From contig JANXBF010000001.1 in assembly GCA_025057615.1 (NCBI GenBank), positions 67,185 to 131,184 of the forward strand: a stretch of 64,000 bases of DNA. The letters are read 5' to 3'. The stretch is from Candidatus Calescibacterium sp. (GTDB lineage: Bacteria > DRYD01). Below, piece by piece: positions 59,283 to 64,000 of the stretch (position 1 is its first letter; each line of letters starts with the position of its first letter). The notes under the pieces were generated by a model, which was not told where the DNA came from, did no database searches, and worked only from the letters and a program-made list of their open reading frames with translations. The position numbers and the translations under genes were made by a program.

Positions 59283-60863
59283 ATCACTTAATCTCCTTAT
59301 GATTGATTCCCCATGATCAGAATAGATAAATTGATGAAAATATTCAAAAACGTTAAACTCATCAGTATTCAGAAAAACAATATTTCTAACGTTTAATTCA
59401 TTAACTATCTTAAACAAAAAATACCAAATATTTAACTCTTTTAGGATAAATGGTTTATAAAGAGAGTAATAATCGATTACAACAAAATAATTATCACTAG
59501 TAAGTTGAGAATTTGACAAATACAGTTTAAAATTGGAGGGGACAAAATTAATAAATATGGGATTATAATCTTTTAATTCTTCTCCATATTTTTTAGTCCA
59601 TATTTTCCATTTGTATTTACCACAGTACTGGCAATTGAAAGTATCATATTTAACTTTACAGTTCTGACAGATAAGTCTAAGCTTATCGATATTACCTATT
59701 GTTCTCTTCTCCACCTTCAGTTTTTTATTACAAAGCTCACAAAAAGGCACATTCCCACAATAATCGCAATAAAACTTATAGAAAGCATCATAAAAAGAAT
59801 AAAACAAAACACTGAAACCTTTATCTTTACATCTTATCTCATTTAGATAGAGTTTCAAATCTTTGAGCGAAAAATTTTCAAAAATTAACTTTTTCTTTAT
59901 TATTTCAAAATCTTTTAAAAATAAATCTTTATTGTTTTCCAAATGACTTTTGAAATTTCCGTATAAAGGAAGAAAAGAATGGAAAATTATTTTAGTACCA
60001 CACTTGTACAAGAACTCAGAAAACTCGTAAAACTTGGGAAAATAATCAAGAACAACATGATCAAAAAATCTCGATAGAACTATCCCCCAAAGAGGAAAAA
60101 CAAAGTTATTAGAATCAAAATTGAAAACCTCTCCCTTTTTCCAAATATTATCAGAATAGATCGAACTGAGGTCAATCTTCTTTGATAAAACTCTTTCCAA
60201 ATCATGGACTATAATAAGATTCAACGAATTTTTACTAACTATCCCCTCCTTTTTATAAATAAAATCAAATCCCTTAGAAAAATCCCTAATATCAGAAATA
60301 ATTTTTATGTTATCCGCTAGTTGAAAAGTATACGTAATTTCGCATTTAATTCTTTTCTTCAACTTTTTTCTAAAATATTTTTTAATTTTCCTAAGGTTAT
60401 CAATTTTCAAAAGATTTTTAGATACAGGAATAAAAAAACATGTCTTATTTTCAAGATAGTTGTTCTCAATTATTTTAATTCTAAATTTCTTACTGGTTTC
60501 AATATTAGTAACTATATCATCAACAAATATTTTGAGTATATCTTCATATTTAACAAGGGTAAGAATTATTTTTTCAAGTCCAGAATAAAAATATCTAAAG
60601 ATATCCCTGTTTTGAACTTTCAAAACTTCAAACAACTGATGCAGAGTATCAACAATGATTTCCAAATTAGGAATATTCAAAAAATCTACAAAATTTACTT
60701 TTCTTAGACTTATCAACTTCTTTTCCAAATTTTTTTTGGTTTTTATGAAAAATGCTAAAAAGTAATTGTTTCTGAGTTTTATAACATATATCTTATTAAA
60801 GTCAACATCATATCCATCGGGAATTTCCAAAGCAAACTTGGAATTCACTAAAAATAATATCAT
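59244..60863 (-). CDS. PriA-like protein retaining the Cys-rich zinc-binding region but lacking recognisable Walker A / DExH helicase motifs
   Basis: CDYCGNVPFCELCNKKL...LICQNCKVKYDTFNCQYCGK parallels the PriA CRR pattern (C-x2-C-G-x4-C-x2-C...C-x2-C...C-x2-C-G). No GxxxxGK[ST] motif is present. The gene overlaps the hemAC 3' end by 39 bp in convergent orientation. Confidence 0.45.
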   Translation of the reverse strand: MILFLVNSKFALEIPDGYDVDFNKIYVIKLRNNYFLAFFIKTKKNLEKKLISLRKVNFVDFLNIPNLEIIVDTLHQLFEVLKVQNRDIFRYFYSGLEKIILTLVKYEDILKIFVDDIVTNIETSKKFRIKIIENNYLENKTCFFIPVSKNLLKIDNLRKIKKYFRKKLKKRIKCEITYTFQLADNIKIISDIRDFSKGFDFIYKKEGIVSKNSLNLIIVHDLERVLSKKIDLSSIYSDNIWKKGEVFNFDSNNFVFPLWGIVLSRFFDHVVLDYFPKFYEFSEFLYKCGTKIIFHSFLPLYGNFKSHLENNKDLFLKDFEIIKKKLIFENFSLKDLKLYLNEIRCKDKGFSVLFYSFYDAFYKFYCDYCGNVPFCELCNKKLKVEKRTIGNIDKLRLICQNCKVKYDTFNCQYCGKYKWKIWTKKYGEELKDYNPIFINFVPSNFKLYLSNSQLTSDNYFVVIDYYSLYKPFILKELNIWYFLFKIVNELNVRNIVFLNTDEFNVFEYFHQFIYSDHGESIIRRLSDLIEMERRNIALL

Positions 60864-61645
60864 GTTGGAACAACACTATTCATGCAAGCATTATAAAGTA
60901 TTTTTTTATCCACTTGTCCCGAGTATCTATTCATGAATAGTTTGAAAAGATATGGTTTTCTAAAGATGGTTATTTCCAGTGCCTCCATAAGCAAAAAATC
61001 CCGTATTTTAGCATGATCCCCTGAACAAAGAAGCTTTTCAACTTTTACAACATTGTTATTTATCCTAACTTCTCTAGGTCTAGTATACTGTAATGGTTCA
61101 AGTAAAAAATCCATACCCATATAATTAAAACTGTCATCCAACAAATTTTCTTTTCTAACCAAATGATCATCAGAAAACCTAAACCTCAATATTGATTCTA
61201 GGATAACAAATGAAGCCAATTCACCAGAGCTAATAACATAATCCCCAATTGATATCTCTTCATTTATGAATCTCAAGATCCTATTATCAACACCTTCATA
61301 ATTGGGACATATAAAAATTAGTTCATTCATCTTGGCCAGGTCATTAATCATCCTTTTATTAAGGACTTCTCCTCGGGGAGAAGGTAGAATAACATAAGGG
61401 TTAACAAATCTTTTCTTTGCGTGATCCAATGCCTTTAAAAGAACATCAAACCTCAAAATCATTCCTTTACCTATACCATAAGCGTAATCATCCACTTGCT
61501 TGTGTTTATCAAAAGCAAAATCACGAATATTGATGACATCAAACCAAACCAATTCTCTCTTAGTAGCTCTCCTAGTTATAGAAAGACCGTTGAAAATAGA
61601 AGATACTAAATCTGGAAATATAGAAAGGAAACAAATTTTCATCAA
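60860..61645 (-). CDS. trmD: tRNA (guanine37-N1)-methyltransferase
   Basis: The N-terminal MKICFLSIFPD and the DDYAYGIGKGM motif (compare DDxPYGGGxGM) identify the SPOUT knot fold family. Confidence 0.85.
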   Translation of the reverse strand: MMKICFLSIFPDLVSSIFNGLSITRRATKRELVWFDVINIRDFAFDKHKQVDDYAYGIGKGMILRFDVLLKALDHAKKRFVNPYVILPSPRGEVLNKRMINDLAKMNELIFICPNYEGVDNRILRFINEEISIGDYVISSGELASFVILESILRFRFSDDHLVRKENLLDDSFNYMGMDFLLEPLQYTRPREVRINNNVVKVEKLLCSGDHAKIRDFLLMEALEITIFRKPYLFKLFMNRYSGQVDKKILYNACMNSVVPT

Positions 61646-61660
61646 AAAATCATTCTAATT

Positions 61661-63418
61661 TCAAACCTTAGAATACCTATTAACTAACTCTCTAAGTTGT
61701 TCATACAAATCTTCAAAAAAGAAAGGTTCACCATCATATTTATTAAGTAGCAAACTTTCTTTTTTACCTCCAAACATGTAATACAACCTTCTAAACTGGC
61801 CGAAATAATTTTGCTCAATAAACACCAAATTGTCAGTATTAGCCACAGCTTCCTCGATTTGCTTTATAGGAAAAGGATAGAAAACAACAGGCTTAATTAA
61901 ACGGAAACTATACCCCTCATTTTTGTTTAATTCAAAACATACTTCTTTAACAGAATGGTAATTCATTCCATAGGCAACTATAGAAATCTTTGGATTGTAA
62001 CCAATATCTTCGAACTCTAGAAAATATTCATTAAATTTTGAAAGCTTCCTCATCCTCTTCTCAACCATCTTTTTTCTTATATCGGAATTTTCGGTAATGA
62101 AACCCTTTTCGTTGTGTTCATTTCCAGAGGTTTGAAATTGAAGTCCCTTGACTGAAGGAACAATTCTATAGCTTATTCCATCTTCCGTTATTTCATATCT
62201 ATTTAATTTTTTATCCACCTCGAAATTTATGTATTTACCTCTATCAACTCTGAGAGAATCGATTAAGGTATCAGAAATATAATTAGTGGTATATATATTT
62301 TCTCCTAAGTTAAGGTCGGACAGAATTATAACAGGAAGTTGATACCTCTCTGCCATATTGAAAGCTTCAAAAGTATAAACAAACATTTCATACGGATCAG
62401 AAGGGAAAATAACTATCTTCTCAGTATCACCATGTCCAACAAAAGTGGATAAAAGTATATCTCCATCTTCTGTTTTGGTGGGTAGTCCAGTGGATGGCCC
62501 TCCTCTTTGTATATTTGCAATAACTACAGGAGTTTCAGTCATATAAGCATATCCTATAGCTTCAACCATAAGGGAGAATCCTGGTCCAGATGTGGCTGTC
62601 ATTGATCTAACACCTGCTAAAGAAGCACCCACACATGAATTAATAGCGGAGATCTCATCCTCAGTTTGGACAGCAACACCGCCAAAGTTTCCAATATTTT
62701 TAACCATAAATTCCAAAATACTACTTGCTGGGGTTATGGGATACCCTGCGAAGTACTTACAGCCGGCTGCCAAAGCACCTAAAGCCAGCCCCTCATTGCC
62801 ACTCATCAACATTCTTTTTTTACCATCCCTGTTAAAAGCAATATCCACTTTAAGAGGCTTTAAGGAATTGGAAGATAAAAAATTCCTGGTAATGTTATAC
62901 CCTTCCCAAAAAGCTTTCTTATTTTTTTCAACTATCTCCATGGATTTCTTTGAAAATCTTTTCTCTATCTGATTAATAACAAACGAATAATCCATATTTT
63001 CAAACAGTGCTATGGAAGCTCCCAAGGCAACCATATTTTTGGATATTACACTTCCTGTTATATCTTTTGCTATTTTTGATAGAGGGATAGGTAATTTAAC
63101 AGATGGTGTCTCATGTAAATCCAGGATATTTGATTGCTCATCAAAAATCACAAATGTATGAGGCTTTATTTGCTCCTTAGAAACTCTAATAGACTCATCA
63201 TCAAAAGCTATCAAAACATCCACTTTTTTTAACCTTGAAAACACAGGTTTATCAGAGAATCTGACTTCAAAAGTAGTGTTTCCTCCTTTTATTCTCGAGG
63301 AATACTTCCTATAAGTAGATATTTCAAAACCATTTTTAAATACGTTAGATGCAAATATGTGTCCAGTTGAGTCTATACCCTCTCCTTGTTCTCCGGATAT
63401 TTTCCAAACATAATCCAT
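61661..63418 (-). CDS. korA: 2-oxoacid:ferredoxin oxidoreductase, fused gamma-alpha subunit (KorA/PorA-like), with no adjacent beta subunit
   Basis: The N-terminal gamma-type domain carries the GEQGEGIDSTG motif. The alpha domain reads GNEGLALGALAAGCKYFAGYPITPASSILEFM, and the length is 585 aa. Confidence 0.8.
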   Translation of the reverse strand: MDYVWKISGEQGEGIDSTGHIFASNVFKNGFEISTYRKYSSRIKGGNTTFEVRFSDKPVFSRLKKVDVLIAFDDESIRVSKEQIKPHTFVIFDEQSNILDLHETPSVKLPIPLSKIAKDITGSVISKNMVALGASIALFENMDYSFVINQIEKRFSKKSMEIVEKNKKAFWEGYNITRNFLSSNSLKPLKVDIAFNRDGKKRMLMSGNEGLALGALAAGCKYFAGYPITPASSILEFMVKNIGNFGGVAVQTEDEISAINSCVGASLAGVRSMTATSGPGFSLMVEAIGYAYMTETPVVIANIQRGGPSTGLPTKTEDGDILLSTFVGHGDTEKIVIFPSDPYEMFVYTFEAFNMAERYQLPVIILSDLNLGENIYTTNYISDTLIDSLRVDRGKYINFEVDKKLNRYEITEDGISYRIVPSVKGLQFQTSGNEHNEKGFITENSDIRKKMVEKRMRKLSKFNEYFLEFEDIGYNPKISIVAYGMNYHSVKEVCFELNKNEGYSFRLIKPVVFYPFPIKQIEEAVANTDNLVFIEQNYFGQFRRLYYMFGGKKESLLLNKYDGEPFFFEDLYEQLRELVNRYSKV

Positions 63419-63432
63419 AGTGATCCTCCTTC

Positions 63433-64000
63433 TTATCCTTTCACAACTCCAATAGGTCTAAGCCTGGCAACTATAGAAGAAATTCCCACTTTATCTACTA
63501 TATCAACGACAATTGATGCATCTTTATAAGCCTCTGGAGCTTCCTCAACTACCGTCGCTTTACTGGAAGCTCTGATAGAAATACCTTTATCTTTTAAGAT
63601 TTTTATAAGATCAGTGTAATCTATTTCTTTTTTAATCTGATTTCTACTCTTTGTTCTGCCAGCTCCATGACAAGTATGGGAACAGGTTAAATCATAAGCT
63701 TTCTGTGTACCAACTAATACAAACGAGTATCTTCCCATATCACCTGGTATGAATACTGGTTGACCAATAGTTTTATATTTATCTGGTAAAGAATTATGAA
63801 AAGGTGGTAAAGCCCTAGTAGCCCCTTTCCTGTGCATAACCAGTTTAACTTTTTTACCATTTAAAACATAATTTTCTATTGTTGCCATGTTATGGCTAAT
63901 ATCGTATACCAGATCAACTGATACTGTTTTACCAAAAACTTCTGTAAAAGCCTTTCTTACTTTATGAGTTATTATCTGACGATTGAGATGAGCAAAATTA
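63433..64000 (-). CDS. rtcB: RNA-splicing ligase RtcB, C-terminal portion; the 5' end is truncated at the window edge
   Basis: The frame is open to the window edge. AHLNRQIITHKVRKAFTEVFG...DLVYDISHNMATIENY...VMHRKGATRALPP...CHGAGRTKSR...VVEEAPEAYKDA...ARLRPIGVVKG aligns block-by-block with archaeal and bacterial RtcB. Confidence 0.85.
   Translation of the reverse strand, partial: NFAHLNRQIITHKVRKAFTEVFGKTVSVDLVYDISHNMATIENYVLNGKKVKLVMHRKGATRALPPFHNSLPDKYKTIGQPVFIPGDMGRYSFVLVGTQKAYDLTCSHTCHGAGRTKSRNQIKKEIDYTDLIKILKDKGISIRASSKATVVEEAPEAYKDASIVVDIVDKVGISSIVARLRPIGVVKG

Overview
This is an AT-rich (roughly 28-30% GC), densely coded bacterial chromosomal segment with no obvious mobile elements, CRISPR arrays, integrases or transposases. 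The organism appears to be diderm: the window carries split heptose-activation genes (hldA/hldC-like), an LptF/LptG permease pair, an OstA/LptA-like periplasmic protein, several GT1 glycosyltransferases, and a complete pilMNOPQ type IV pilus operon plus a separately located PilT-like ATPase. Recognisable housekeeping genes include fabF, groES-groEL, plsX, uppS, gcvT-like, ispG, nadD, eno, a dnaG-sigma70 pair, cdd, a sucC-like gene, trmD, a gamma-alpha fused 2-oxoacid:ferredoxin oxidoreductase subunit, the RtcB C-terminus, tRNA-Ile(GAT) and tRNA-Phe(GAA). The most interesting candidate is an approximately 9.4 kb minus-strand operon (16128-25508). It encodes an RsbW/SpoIIAB-like GHKL anti-sigma kinase with no STAS partner, a small roadblock-like protein, an 855-aa protein with an acidic low-complexity core and a zinc ribbon, a 1271-aa all-TPR protein, a GcvT homolog and two unknown proteins. 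This may be an undescribed cytoplasmic signalling or scaffold module. Other notable items are a frameshifted NlpC/P60 gene with GIPFG tandem repeats, a HemA-HemC fusion ORF, a PriA-like zinc-ribbon protein without helicase motifs, a GC-rich His/Gly/Asp-coding island inside an NfeD-like gene, and a GC-rich palindrome at an intergenic junction. All calls rest on reading the sequence and on family motifs I recognise; no database searches were run.
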